The notes beneath the pieces are model-generated. The model was not told where the DNA came from and did not search any database. It saw nothing but the letters and a program-made list of their open reading frames with translations. A stretch of DNA of 64,000 nucleotides from a virus, in the IMG/VR virus record IMGVR_UViG_3300002446_000060; one strand, 5' to 3'. The position numbers were made by a program, and so were the translations under genes. Positions 20,351-30,161 of this stretch are shown in pieces; within the stretch, counting starts at the first letter, position 1, and each line of letters starts with the position of its first letter.

Positions 20351-21076
20351 TTAAATATTTTCTTTTGAAAATCGTCTAAGTTCTTTCATTGATATAGCAA
20401 TCTGAACCTGAGTTGGATTACCATCAGCAAATGTTCGCATAAAACCTTCAGGAGAATAATTAATTGATAATTGATCAACGCCAGATAACAATGTTTGAAA
20501 TAGTATTTTTCCGTTGCCACCATAAATAGAAGCATCACAAATGTTTGGGAATATTAATTTTACTCCGAGTTCTGGCGTTGTTAAATATTTTAGCTTTTTA
20601 ATTATTTTAAAAATAATATCAGCTTCTTCTTTTGATTTTGGGACAAGATTAAACATAAAATCAAACTTTCTAAAGTCAATATTATTATATGTTTGCATAA
20701 CAAAGTCATTTATTTTATAGCCCTCGCCACGAGTGGCAACATTGCCAATTGCGTTTAATGCTTCAGAATCTCCTGTGACCCAACCAGCTAATCTACTTAA
20801 AACAGATGTTGTTAAAGCTTGCCCGCCTTTAAATATATCGATATTATCTTCCCAATTATGATTAAATGTTTCTGTTATTGTTTGTTCTGGAATAGCAAAA
20901 AAGAATTGAGCAATATTTTCTTTACCAAATAATGGTTTTTGGCTTTCAACTTGTTGAGCACTCCATTTATAAAAGTTTATTTTGATAAACGGATGAGTAA
21001 AATTAGATGCTCCAAAAGAAGAATTACCATCTAATTCTAATGGAAAGATAAATCTTGAATCTGGAATATCTGGCAT
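20351..21076 (-). CDS. gp48: Baseplate tail-tube cap (gp48-like)
   Basis: FRKFDFMFNLVPKSKEEA, IFPN, LSINYSPEG..FADGNPTQVQIAISMKE motifs. Confidence 0.8.
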   Translation of the reverse strand: MPDIPDSRFIFPLELDGNSSFGASNFTHPFIKINFYKWSAQQVESQKPLFGKENIAQFFFAIPEQTITETFNHNWEDNIDIFKGGQALTTSVLSRLAGWVTGDSEALNAIGNVATRGEGYKINDFVMQTYNNIDFRKFDFMFNLVPKSKEEADIIFKIIKKLKYLTTPELGVKLIFPNICDASIYGGNGKILFQTLLSGVDQLSINYSPEGFMRTFADGNPTQVQIAISMKELRRFSKENI

Positions 21077-21101
21077 TTGTTTAATCTCCTATATAAAAAG
21101 A

Positions 21102-21133
21102 AAGAGCATGGAGAATTTAATCCCCATGCTCTT
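21102..21133 (-). terminator. Intrinsic terminator after major capsid gene
   Basis: aagagcatgg/ccatgctctt stem followed by TCTTTTT on the minus strand. Confidence 0.75.
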
Positions 21134-21150
21134 ATTTACTCAATCAGATG

Positions 21151-22524
21151 TTATGAAGGAAGATTGGTGATTTCGATCTTTCTGAAATAATGTTCAGCTC
21201 CAAACGGATTATCAGTGAGAGCATATCTCATTCTGAAGAAAATTCTAGGCTGATCAGATTCCTGAGTTACACCCTGAGTAATTTTGAGAGGAACGTAAGG
21301 TGAATAGAATACACCAGCGTCAACTTCTGTATTACCCTTATAACCCATAATGATCTGTGTTGCATCACTCTGGATATCAACAAAAACCTTCATGTAACCA
21401 TTAAACATACCTACGAATGCAGATGCAAGAGGATCTACATTTGAAGTATCGAGTCTGCCAGACATTTCAAGAGCGGTAAGAGTGGAGGTATCAACAATCA
21501 TGAAGTTACCCTGGCCGCGTCTGTTAGCTTTTGCAATTTCACGTGAAGTTCTGGAAATCTTAGCTGCAAGGTTCTGATACTTTTCAACTTCCCATCTACC
21601 ATCAGCAGTTGAATAATTCCACGAAGTTACGCCACCGATAACGGCTTTGGCATCAGCAAGATCAATGAATTCACGATTAAGTTCAAGAATAATTTCTTCT
21701 GAACCAATCTGTGTGAAAAGACTAACTGCATCGATACCATGGCATGACTGGAGATCTTCAGCCATTTCTCTAGTGTAACTAGATTTCATTTTTCTACTTC
21801 TAACAGAAGCAGTTGCTTTTTCAATAGTAACGCCAAGTTCTTTCATATCAGTTCCAAGAACTTCACCAGCTGCAGTTGTTACTGAGCCAGACCAGTTTTT
21901 GAAAATGGTTTTGTAGAGAGCTTCATTGGCAGTCTGTGAAACAACTGTGGTTGCCTGAGCATTGTAAGGATTTGCATTATCAAGAAGATCATCAATTGCA
22001 AATCTATCAGCACCGCTGTTTGAGGTAATTTTAACGAGAAGTTTGTTACCTTCAATGTAAGCTACTGTACCAGTAACACCGGTAGAATTTGTGATATCAC
22101 CACCAACGGTAAAACCAGTTGAACTACCAACAATAAGAATCTGGCTTGTTGCATATTTCTGAGGAGTAGCTTCTGTGCCAGCATATACTGCTCTAAGAGC
22201 AAAAATAAGACCAGCTGGAGTATTAAGAGGCTGAACACCAAAGATTTCCATACCGATAAGAGAAGGAACTACACGTCTAAGCATAGGAATAAGAATCGGC
22301 TGAAACTGTTCGAGATCGCCAGAAACAGTTGATTCAAGAACCAATTTTTCAAGCTGTTCGAGCTGCATTGCAAGAATGGGAACATGTTTTGATTTAACTT
22401 TTGGCATTACGTCTCTGATAAAATCAAAAGCTTTATCTTCACATGTGATAACTTTATCCCATTTTTTCATAAGCTTTGCCGGAGAATCAAATACAATTGT
22501 TTTATTAATTTCACTGTCCATCAT
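21151..22524 (-). CDS. gp23: Major capsid protein (T4 gp23-like) with an inserted beta domain
   Basis: PILIPMLRRVVPSLIG..GVQPLNTPAGLIFALR, RKMKSSYTREMAEDL, MGYKG..DAGVFYSPYVPL; likely processing site LVLE|S at residue 64. Confidence 0.96.
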   Translation of the reverse strand: MMDSEINKTIVFDSPAKLMKKWDKVITCEDKAFDFIRDVMPKVKSKHVPILAMQLEQLEKLVLESTVSGDLEQFQPILIPMLRRVVPSLIGMEIFGVQPLNTPAGLIFALRAVYAGTEATPQKYATSQILIVGSSTGFTVGGDITNSTGVTGTVAYIEGNKLLVKITSNSGADRFAIDDLLDNANPYNAQATTVVSQTANEALYKTIFKNWSGSVTTAAGEVLGTDMKELGVTIEKATASVRSRKMKSSYTREMAEDLQSCHGIDAVSLFTQIGSEEIILELNREFIDLADAKAVIGGVTSWNYSTADGRWEVEKYQNLAAKISRTSREIAKANRRGQGNFMIVDTSTLTALEMSGRLDTSNVDPLASAFVGMFNGYMKVFVDIQSDATQIIMGYKGNTEVDAGVFYSPYVPLKITQGVTQESDQPRIFFRMRYALTDNPFGAEHYFRKIEITNLPS

Positions 22525-22562
22525 AATATAAACTCCTTAAAATATTTCAGTATTAGTTTTAT

Positions 22563-23363
22563 TTACTTTCTTAATCTACTGAGGTAGCCATCAACTTTGA
22601 GGCGTTCTTCTTTAGCAACTTTATCTTTCTTTTCTTCATCTTCTTCGTCTTTATCAACGACATCCTTAACTTCATCTTCTTCTTCAACTTCATCCTTATT
22701 TACTTCTTCTTCATCTTCTTCTTTGGTGACTTTCTTTTTCTTTGCTTCGCCAATTACAGTCTTTTTAAGAATTGCAAGTTTATCGCTAAAATCTTTAACA
22801 GATTCAGTAACAAGACCAGACATAAGGTTTAAAAGCTTTTCTTGGCTAACGGTTGACATACCATTAGTTGCTTTAAGAAAAATAACAGCTTTCTGTGCTT
22901 CAACAGCGTCTTTTTTCAATTCAATGTTTTCATTTAGAATTTTAGTATTTTCAATTTCAAGAATCTGCTTGCGAGTATTCATTTCGCTTACGAGTGATTC
23001 GTTACCTTCAGGAAGTTTGATACCATTTTTTTCAAAAACAGCTTGAATGCCATCAATAATCTGTTTTGCTTTTTCAACAACGATAACGTTTTTAATTGCA
23101 ACTTTATTTTCAGTTACAAATTCATCAACACAGTGCTTCATATAGTCGTTGATTTGTTCTTTGGTCTTGGCATTATATTCTTCAACTACAGCTTCAAACT
23201 TTGAATCATATTCTTCGGTAATTGCACGTTTTTCTGATTCAATTCGTTCGTTTGCAGCTTCTGCGACCATAGATTCAAAAATGACATCTAATTCCTGTTT
23301 TGCTTCTTCTGACAAAACTTCATCTTTAATATATTTCTCAAATGCAGGTATTAAATTCTTCAT
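22563..23363 (-). CDS. gp22: Prohead core scaffold protein (gp22-like)
   Basis: Coiled-coil acidic protein between gp21 and gp23; acidic tail and C-terminal YLSRL. Confidence 0.8.
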   Translation of the reverse strand: MKNLIPAFEKYIKDEVLSEEAKQELDVIFESMVAEAANERIESEKRAITEEYDSKFEAVVEEYNAKTKEQINDYMKHCVDEFVTENKVAIKNVIVVEKAKQIIDGIQAVFEKNGIKLPEGNESLVSEMNTRKQILEIENTKILNENIELKKDAVEAQKAVIFLKATNGMSTVSQEKLLNLMSGLVTESVKDFSDKLAILKKTVIGEAKKKKVTKEEDEEEVNKDEVEEEDEVKDVVDKDEEDEEKKDKVAKEERLKVDGYLSRLRK

Positions 23364-23399
23364 GTTTATTACTCCCTTAAATTAGTATTCGTGTAATAT

Positions 23400-24092
23400 T
23401 TACTTTCGAAATAAAGATCTAAAATAATTAGTCATAACCTTTTTAACTATTTGATCTTTAGTTTTTGATGTCATGTTTCGAAAATCATCTTTCGATTCTT
23501 CAATCACCTTATCAAAATCTTTTGCTTCAAGAATAACCCCATTTTGATATACCCAATCCTTATCTTCCATAACACCTTGAACGAACGCGTCAGGAGCACT
23601 TGGGTCATATACTATGTCTGACAACGAAATTATTTTTCGGCAATGAGTTTCAATATAATCATTTTTCTTAACAAGTTTTGCCAATGCTCTTGATGAAAAA
23701 CCTAATTGAACTCCAGCGTTTAATAAGTTTATAACTATGTCTCCACATGGGTTTCCTTCAATTGGTTTTGCCTTCAAATAAATATCATTATTGTCAATTC
23801 TTATTTCGGTGAATTTGTGTGAAACTCGTTCAAGATTTATTCTTACTTGATCTTTCAATTCATCAGGATGATTTAATTCGCCGAGAGCTCTATTCTTTTG
23901 CAAATAATTATCAACATGATCTTGAAGCTGTTCTAACATTGGCTCGCGAACATAGAAACGATCATTGGCATTTTTTAAATTTACTTGGATACCGATTCCT
24001 TCTAATACCCATGATTTTTTTCCATTGATATCTTCGAGAACTGGTTTAATTTTTTCACAATTAAATTCTCTAACTAATTTTAATCGTTCCAT
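23400..24092 (-). CDS. gp21: Prohead protease (gp21-like)
   Basis: LEGIGIQ..KNANDRFY, RALGELNHP, VSHK, LGFSSRA and DIVYDPSAPDAFV motifs. Confidence 0.93.
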   Translation of the reverse strand: MERLKLVREFNCEKIKPVLEDINGKKSWVLEGIGIQVNLKNANDRFYVREPMLEQLQDHVDNYLQKNRALGELNHPDELKDQVRINLERVSHKFTEIRIDNNDIYLKAKPIEGNPCGDIVINLLNAGVQLGFSSRALAKLVKKNDYIETHCRKIISLSDIVYDPSAPDAFVQGVMEDKDWVYQNGVILEAKDFDKVIEESKDDFRNMTSKTKDQIVKKVMTNYFRSLFRK

Positions 24093-24104
24093 TGATTTGT
24101 CCTT

Positions 24105-24731
24105 TTAATCGTCTGCAACTTCTTTTGTTTTAGTATCTAATGTTTTTCGTATGCTAAGTTGCTTGTAACCTATTGCTTCAAGTTCTTTTTTTATTGAATT
24201 TAGTTTGCCTTTATCATTGGTCCAATTTGATTTGTAGTCTTTTCCATTCTTATCGACGCCCTCAATTCGAAACATATCGCCGCCACTAGATTCTTTTACA
24301 GATTTAGCTTTTTTATTCATATCAATAACAAATTCTGATAAATCAGCTGAGAGTTTTTCTTTCATTTCATCATCTAATGAATCTAATCCATCTTCTTCAA
24401 GAGCTTTATAAAAATCTGCATTTTCTTCTGGAATTTTATATTCCATTTCATCTTCTGAATCATCGAGTTTGAATTTAACAACCATATTTTCATCATCAGA
24501 TTCTACTGCAAAGAGTTCAGCACTCTTAACGTCTGGCGTTGAAAGAGGGATCGAAACACTTTCTTCAACAACATCAAATCTAGCCAATTCGCGACTAACT
24601 TCTTTTGCAACTTTATTACAGCACTTATTAAATTCTTCAGTAAAAACAGCCATAAATTTATCTTTAAAGTCATAAATCTTCTGTTCGGTACAAGCTTCAA
24701 ACATTTTATCAACAATAGCTTTTCTATTCAT
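24105..24731 (-). CDS. Prohead core protein (gp67-like N-terminus with extension)
   Basis: Between gp20 and gp21; N-terminal helix (FEAC..FKDKF..AKEVSRELA) resembles gp67; several xxE|S sites. Confidence 0.5.
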   Translation of the reverse strand: MNRKAIVDKMFEACTEQKIYDFKDKFMAVFTEEFNKCCNKVAKEVSRELARFDVVEESVSIPLSTPDVKSAELFAVESDDENMVVKFKLDDSEDEMEYKIPEENADFYKALEEDGLDSLDDEMKEKLSADLSEFVIDMNKKAKSVKESSGGDMFRIEGVDKNGKDYKSNWTNDKGKLNSIKKELEAIGYKQLSIRKTLDTKTKEVADD

Positions 24732-26250
24732 TTATTTGTTCTCCAGTTTCATCAATATTATTTTCGGGCAAATCAGACTCACTAGTTTTCAAATCTTCTT
24801 CTATTTCTTTATTTACTATTTCAATTTCATCATCTGTTCTTCGTAAAATATATTTATTAATATACTTTTTACTAAAGAACTTATCCTTATATGCTTCAAC
24901 TTTGTCGAGCATTTCTACTCTGCGCTCCAATAAAGCCAATTCTTTGCTTTCAGCCCAATATGAATTTTCATTCCATTCATATCGAATGTTATCTTCAAAC
25001 ATGTCAGTCCATTCTTTTATATTTACTATGTTTTTGCAGATCAGCTGAATTTTAAGAGCTTGTGTTAGCATATCAGAAAATTTCATTTTAAGTTTTTTGC
25101 AAAATCTTGCAAATTTTAATTCTTCTCTTGAAAATTCATTTGATCCAAAATCCACTGTTGGAGCATTGTCGTTATCTGCTCTAGAAGAAGGTATCTTTAA
25201 TGATTTCCAAGTTCTTCTTTTAAAATATAAAACATCCGTAATTTCACCAAGTTGTTGACCACCAGAAATAGTCTGAACTTCTGTGCCTTTACTGCCCATT
25301 CTAGGCAGCCAATAATCTTCTAACATTGTCATTATAGACTTTGATTGATTTAATTGACCAGTTGTTGTATCATAAGTTAAACGTGATTTAAACTTATTCA
25401 TTAAAGTTTTTACGTATTGATCCGCTTTAGCTTGTCCAAGTTTACCAACATCAATATAAAAAGCCCTTCTCTCGGGTGCTCTAGTGAATCTATACACAAC
25501 AAGAGAATCTTCTAATAGTTTTAATTGGTTAGCTGGTTTGATAGCTTTGTGGAGATGAGATATATAATAATTATTTTTAGCATCTGTTAATCCAGATGGA
25601 ACAAAAATAATGTGATCAGATGAAACAATATAATCTTTTGGAATATCATTAGGATCAAAATATTTCTTTTTCAAGAAAAGTTCATTATCATCTTCGCTAA
25701 TATAGTAAAAATATTTTCCAATTTTTTTATCAAAAAATCTAAATATTTTAAATGGTGAAACGTGGTGAAAGCCGATTATACCATCCTTTTTATTTGTGGA
25801 AAAGAGCGGTTGCAAATAATAACGGCCATTGATATACCAACGTCTAAAATATTCATCGGCTTTAATATCAAATTTTAACAATTTTTTAAGATATTCAAAT
25901 TCTTCAATGATTTTCTTTTTTGTATTTTCTGAGGTATCAATCAAATCCAAATTTAATCTAATAACTGGATTAAAATCATCCATCACGATCGCTTCATCTA
26001 CGATTTCATCAATAGCCTCTTCAACAAAATCAAGCATTGAAAATTGATTATATTGATGAATCAATTGAGCAATATTATCAAATTCCATATCAAAGTTGAA
26101 AAGGAAATTGTGAACACCGCCTTCACTAACTCGACCTTTATCAGCTTCAATAAATTCTGGAATCTCTGGTTCACCAATTGTTTCAAATCCAAGCTTTTGT
26201 TGTAAAAAGCTTGGTAGAACGTCTTTAAATACTGATAATTTTTTAAACAT
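24724..26250 (-). CDS. gp20: Portal protein (gp20-like)
   Basis: AIDEIVDEAIV, FRRWYINGR, SHLHKAIKPANQLKLLEDSLVVYRFTRAPERRAFYIDVG and MLEDYWLPR. Confidence 0.97.
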   Translation of the reverse strand: MFKKLSVFKDVLPSFLQQKLGFETIGEPEIPEFIEADKGRVSEGGVHNFLFNFDMEFDNIAQLIHQYNQFSMLDFVEEAIDEIVDEAIVMDDFNPVIRLNLDLIDTSENTKKKIIEEFEYLKKLLKFDIKADEYFRRWYINGRYYLQPLFSTNKKDGIIGFHHVSPFKIFRFFDKKIGKYFYYISEDDNELFLKKKYFDPNDIPKDYIVSSDHIIFVPSGLTDAKNNYYISHLHKAIKPANQLKLLEDSLVVYRFTRAPERRAFYIDVGKLGQAKADQYVKTLMNKFKSRLTYDTTTGQLNQSKSIMTMLEDYWLPRMGSKGTEVQTISGGQQLGEITDVLYFKRRTWKSLKIPSSRADNDNAPTVDFGSNEFSREELKFARFCKKLKMKFSDMLTQALKIQLICKNIVNIKEWTDMFEDNIRYEWNENSYWAESKELALLERRVEMLDKVEAYKDKFFSKKYINKYILRRTDDEIEIVNKEIEEDLKTSESDLPENNIDETGEQINE

Positions 26251-26276
26251 ATATAATAATTCCTTTGAACTTTCTA

Positions 26277-26822
26277 TTATTTACTTGATTTCTTGATGCC
26301 GCCAACTTTTGTATAAAATCGGCTCATTAAAGTTTTAAAGATATATTCTTCACTTGCCTTTTTAAATTTCGGCATTACATTATCAACAACAACATCAAAA
26401 TTTTGATTGTTGAATTCTTTTATTTGACTTCTAATATGAGAATATAAATATGTTCTGATACAAAGCATTAAATAGCCTTTTGGAATTTGAGCAGCTTTAA
26501 AAGCATTCTTAATATCAGAATATTTAATTCTCTTTTTCCATGATGTAGCTTTCATAAATTCAGTTAATAATGATTTTCGCCATGTCCATGGAAGATAATG
26601 AAAGTTTATTCCAATAAATCTATCACCTGATTTACCCAATAGTATAAACATTGGAAGAGCATCCCAAAATTCAAGTTGTGACTTCCATTTAGCATCATAA
26701 ATCATTAAATAGAGATATCCAAGTTTTGCTTTTAATGGACTTTTTAAAGTCTCAACTTGTATTTTTTCTCTATCTTCTATAATGTCCAATAGTTTTTGAA
26801 CTTGTTTTGGTAAACTCGCCAT
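26277..26822 (-). CDS. gp2: DNA end protector (gp2-like)
   Basis: YLMIYDAKWK..FWDALP, FIGINFHYLP and CIRTYLYSHIRS motifs. Confidence 0.85.
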   Translation of the reverse strand: MASLPKQVQKLLDIIEDREKIQVETLKSPLKAKLGYLYLMIYDAKWKSQLEFWDALPMFILLGKSGDRFIGINFHYLPWTWRKSLLTEFMKATSWKKRIKYSDIKNAFKAAQIPKGYLMLCIRTYLYSHIRSQIKEFNNQNFDVVVDNVMPKFKKASEEYIFKTLMSRFYTKVGGIKKSSK

Positions 26823-26823
26823 A

Positions 26824-27255
26824 TTAGTCCTCGCTCAAGAATGAATCGATTTGATCTTTGAGTGATGCGTCGGAACCTTTATATATGATATCTATAATAT
26901 ATTTTCGAGCATTCATTATTGCTGAGTCAGACATTACCTTTATTTCACTCTCATCAACGCCGTTTAAACCTTCGTCAACAAACATTAATTCATAATCAGA
27001 TTTTAATTTTTTATATGATAGAACAAATCTAATTTCACCTCTACCCCAAACATACGTTGGGTCAAATGTTGTTGATAGACCTTTTTTGTGTATTGTTCCT
27101 AGCGATGGTCTAAAATAATTATGTGTCATTATATTTTTTGCTGCTTCTTTATTAGTCAAATGATATAATTGATCGTTTTTAATCTTTGATTCAATATCTT
27201 TATCAATTTTTTTAATTAGCATTGACTCTAATAATATGCTAGACCAATTTTTCAT
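26824..27255 (-). CDS. Putative head-internal protein with ADP-ribosyltransferase-like fold
   Basis: Leader MKNWSSILLE|S; LYHLT, GLSTT and DESEIKV in the order of the ART H / S-T-T / E-x-E strands. Confidence 0.45.
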   Translation of the reverse strand: MKNWSSILLESMLIKKIDKDIESKIKNDQLYHLTNKEAAKNIMTHNYFRPSLGTIHKKGLSTTFDPTYVWGRGEIRFVLSYKKLKSDYELMFVDEGLNGVDESEIKVMSDSAIMNARKYIIDIIYKGSDASLKDQIDSFLSED

Positions 27256-27258
27256 ATT

Positions 27259-27939
27259 TCATCCTTTATTCAAAAAATATTCAATCTCTTGCACCTTTTG
27301 ACATATTTCGCATACATTGAACTTATTTTCATTTTCATCCATAAAATGTATTCCTAAGAATCCAACAATATTTTCACCGTTTTGAATAATTGGAATGATT
27401 AAAATTGTATTTACACCTTGATTTCGTAACATCAACTTTGATAGTGTTTCAGACATTTTATTAACTTGTATTCTATAAACGCCAAAAGGAGATTTGCATG
27501 AGTTTTCGCATGAATCGCCTTTTAATTTTTCTGCATATTTTTTTTGTTTTGAATCAAATAATGGAGAAATCATATCCCAAATTGATATTGCTAAAATGTT
27601 CTGCATATCCTTTGTTGTATAGCTGACTCCACTCGCTGTTATTTCATACGTCCTAGTCATTCGCCATATTGGTCTATTTGGTAGAAAGTTAGAACCATTA
27701 TGAAAATTATCAATAAACACTCTATCAGCATTTAGAATAGTTTTTATTTCAACTAATCGCTCATAAATAGAATCAAACTCTGCGCTAAGTTCATTTCCAT
27801 TGAATTGTTTGTGTAAAAAAGTATTTAAGAATTTTTTTGTAGCATCTGATATGTATGTGTGTATTCCATTTTTAATAGCGCCATAGATTAACCCTGCGAT
27901 AGTTACTATGATAAGTGTTATTATTTCGTTACTATTCAT
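27259..27939 (-). CDS. T4 gpT-like holin candidate (one TM segment plus GAF-like domain)
   Basis: TM IITLIIVTIAGLIYG; LNADRVFIDNFHNG...YE and LIIPII..IVGFLGIHF GAF-like strands. Confidence 0.55.
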   Translation of the reverse strand: MNSNEIITLIIVTIAGLIYGAIKNGIHTYISDATKKFLNTFLHKQFNGNELSAEFDSIYERLVEIKTILNADRVFIDNFHNGSNFLPNRPIWRMTRTYEITASGVSYTTKDMQNILAISIWDMISPLFDSKQKKYAEKLKGDSCENSCKSPFGVYRIQVNKMSETLSKLMLRNQGVNTILIIPIIQNGENIVGFLGIHFMDENENKFNVCEICQKVQEIEYFLNKG

Positions 27940-27968
27940 GATAAATTTCCAGTATTAGAGCATTATTT

Positions 27969-28475
27969 TTACAACTTTAATTCCCAATCAACAAATCCAT
28001 TTTCGGTTAATATTAAAAAATCCATTCCCTTATGAATTGCAACATTTTTGGCTGCATTCCACTTGGCTTCATTTACTATATACGTATTAACAGCATGAGC
28101 AAATGTTTTCATTTTAGAGTTACCTTTGATAGGTCTTTTAACTTGTGATAATGGTTTTATTTCAATTATTGCTTCTTTTATTTCTTTTTTGTTATTCATA
28201 AATTTTACATATACATCTACAAAGTATCGATGCATCTTATTATCGATAGGATTTAAATATTGAATTATAGTTTCTTCACATTTCCATTCAAGAATAGATG
28301 GATTCAAATCGAAATATTTATAATATTTCAATTCTAATGAAGATCGAAAGACAATATTATTCACATTTCCAACATACTTAGATATATTTACTGGTTTGTA
28401 AATTCCTTGAGTATATTTTGATGTTGAATTTAATTTTGGCTTTCCTTTATAAAAGTGTTGGCTTGAACTTCCCAT
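27969..28475 (-). CDS. gp4: Head completion nuclease (gp4-like)
   Basis: YKPVNISKYVG..IVFRSSLE, HRYFVD, IEIKP and NEAKW..A..FLILTE motifs. Confidence 0.92.
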   Translation of the reverse strand: MGSSSQHFYKGKPKLNSTSKYTQGIYKPVNISKYVGNVNNIVFRSSLELKYYKYFDLNPSILEWKCEETIIQYLNPIDNKMHRYFVDVYVKFMNNKKEIKEAIIEIKPLSQVKRPIKGNSKMKTFAHAVNTYIVNEAKWNAAKNVAIHKGMDFLILTENGFVDWELKL

Positions 28476-29983
28476 TTTTTAACTTTAAATTGTTCTCTTT
28501 CATAAAGCTCTAATCTTACTTCAGCATGTTTAAGAATAGAGTTCTTTATTTTCCCGTAGGATAAACTATCTACGATGTCATATATATTTACTTTGTTCTT
28601 GCTCGAATGAACGCGTAAGCCACGTCCAATCGACTGTAAAACAGATATTTTTGATTTGATAGATTCGCCAAATATAATATGATGCAATCGTTTAATATTG
28701 ACGCCCGTCGAAAATACACCATAATTTGCAACAATTATTGCGTTATCAGATTTCTCACAAATTTTTCTAACTTCATTTCTTATATCTTTATCAGTGTTGC
28801 CATTCACCAAAAATACTTGTCTATCTGTTAAGTTATTTTTAAGTTGTTCAAATAACTTAATTCCAAACTGACTATTTCTGCGGTACAACACAAGAATATT
28901 ATCAGTTTGTTTTTTGCATATAGATTCAATCAAATTTCGTTTGTAATTTAATTTATTAATGAAATTGACTTCGCAATGATATAATGAAGCACCCAAAGCT
29001 TGGCCTTCATGAAATTGTTTAATCTTAATCTTTTCTTTTAATAGATCAGCAGATTCTTTCTTTGAATATTTCAAAAAGATTTGATTGATTATTAAGTCAC
29101 AAAGATTGCCTCGTTCTATTTCTTTTGAGGTCTGAGTGAATTGATAAATTTTTCCATACAATGCATTTAATGAATATTCATTCAATTTTGCATCTTGTAT
29201 AGTTCCAGATGTACCGATTTTATATTTCGCTCTAGAACAATATTCAACAATCTTTTTAATTGTTTTTCCATCAGTTGAACCGGTATGACATTCATCAACA
29301 ATAACCGCTCCAAATTGCATAAAAAATTCTTTTGGTAAAGTCTGTAATGATTGCCAAGTTGATACGACTATCGATTTTTTAATCTGCTTATCTTGACCAG
29401 AAAAAATCTTTTGACAATCTTTAGAGCATGGCCTTTTTAATTTAACTGAATAATCATCAAAGTCTCCAACCATTTGATCAACCAATGAAATTGTTGGAAC
29501 TATAATTAGAATTTTATAATCTTGATTTCTGTGTAAAATCATTTTAACTAATGTATAAATGATTGCAGATTTGCCTGTTCCAGTTGGTGATAATAAAACG
29601 CCTTTTCTTTCGCATAAACCTGTTTTAATAGCTTCTAACTGATAATCTCTCAAAGGAAATGGAAATTTTAAAACATCTTCTGAAAATGTAATAATTTGCT
29701 GATTATTTGCAATCGTATTGGATTTATCAAAATTAACGTATTCAATAGTTATATCTTGTTTTGATAACCAAGCGTGCAGTTTAAATAGCAGGCCAATGGG
29801 AAACAAATTCTTATTCAGATCATATAATCTAATTTTTCCATCCCATTGGCCTGTTTTATATTTTGGCGTGAATTGATAATTCTCAGCTTTAAATGAAAAA
29901 TATTCTGATATAGCTTGTAGAACAACGATATCAGCTTCAATTTTTACATAAGTCTCGTTATATTTTTTTATTACGATATTCAC
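28430..29983 (-). CDS. uvsW: SF2 DNA helicase UvsW
   Basis: LRDYQ, SPTGTGKS, VSTWQS, DECH, FSTGVNI and LQSIGRGLR motifs; N-terminal WDGKIRL. Confidence 0.95.
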   Translation of the reverse strand: MNIVIKKYNETYVKIEADIVVLQAISEYFSFKAENYQFTPKYKTGQWDGKIRLYDLNKNLFPIGLLFKLHAWLSKQDITIEYVNFDKSNTIANNQQIITFSEDVLKFPFPLRDYQLEAIKTGLCERKGVLLSPTGTGKSAIIYTLVKMILHRNQDYKILIIVPTISLVDQMVGDFDDYSVKLKRPCSKDCQKIFSGQDKQIKKSIVVSTWQSLQTLPKEFFMQFGAVIVDECHTGSTDGKTIKKIVEYCSRAKYKIGTSGTIQDAKLNEYSLNALYGKIYQFTQTSKEIERGNLCDLIINQIFLKYSKKESADLLKEKIKIKQFHEGQALGASLYHCEVNFINKLNYKRNLIESICKKQTDNILVLYRRNSQFGIKLFEQLKNNLTDRQVFLVNGNTDKDIRNEVRKICEKSDNAIIVANYGVFSTGVNIKRLHHIIFGESIKSKISVLQSIGRGLRVHSSKNKVNIYDIVDSLSYGKIKNSILKHAEVRLELYEREQFKVKKWEVQANTFIKESQN

Positions 29984-30126
29984 ATAAAACCCAATATATA
30001 AATTTTTAAAATTAGTATATAATATTTACTGTATTATGTTTAAAGTCATCGCTGATGGTCCTTTACAATTTTGTATAAAAATAATACACGCAATTTCTAC
30101 AGTTCGGCAGTAAATAGAATAAATGA

Positions 30127-30155
30127 GTTACAAAAATTGATTTTTGTGGTATAAT
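30127..30155 (+). promoter_or_regulatory. T4-early-like promoter
   Basis: GTTACA-17 nt-TATAAT with TGTGG extended -10; ATG 6 nt downstream at 30162. Confidence 0.65.
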
Positions 30156-30161
30156 ATAAAA

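Noticed and set aside
22597-23046. Serine-rich plus-strand ORF
   Set aside because: Antisense shadow of the Glu/Asp-rich gp22 tail.
29984-30143. tRNA or structured RNA in the divergent intergenic region
   Set aside because: No cloverleaf, T-loop GTTCRA in context or CCA; explained by divergent promoters.
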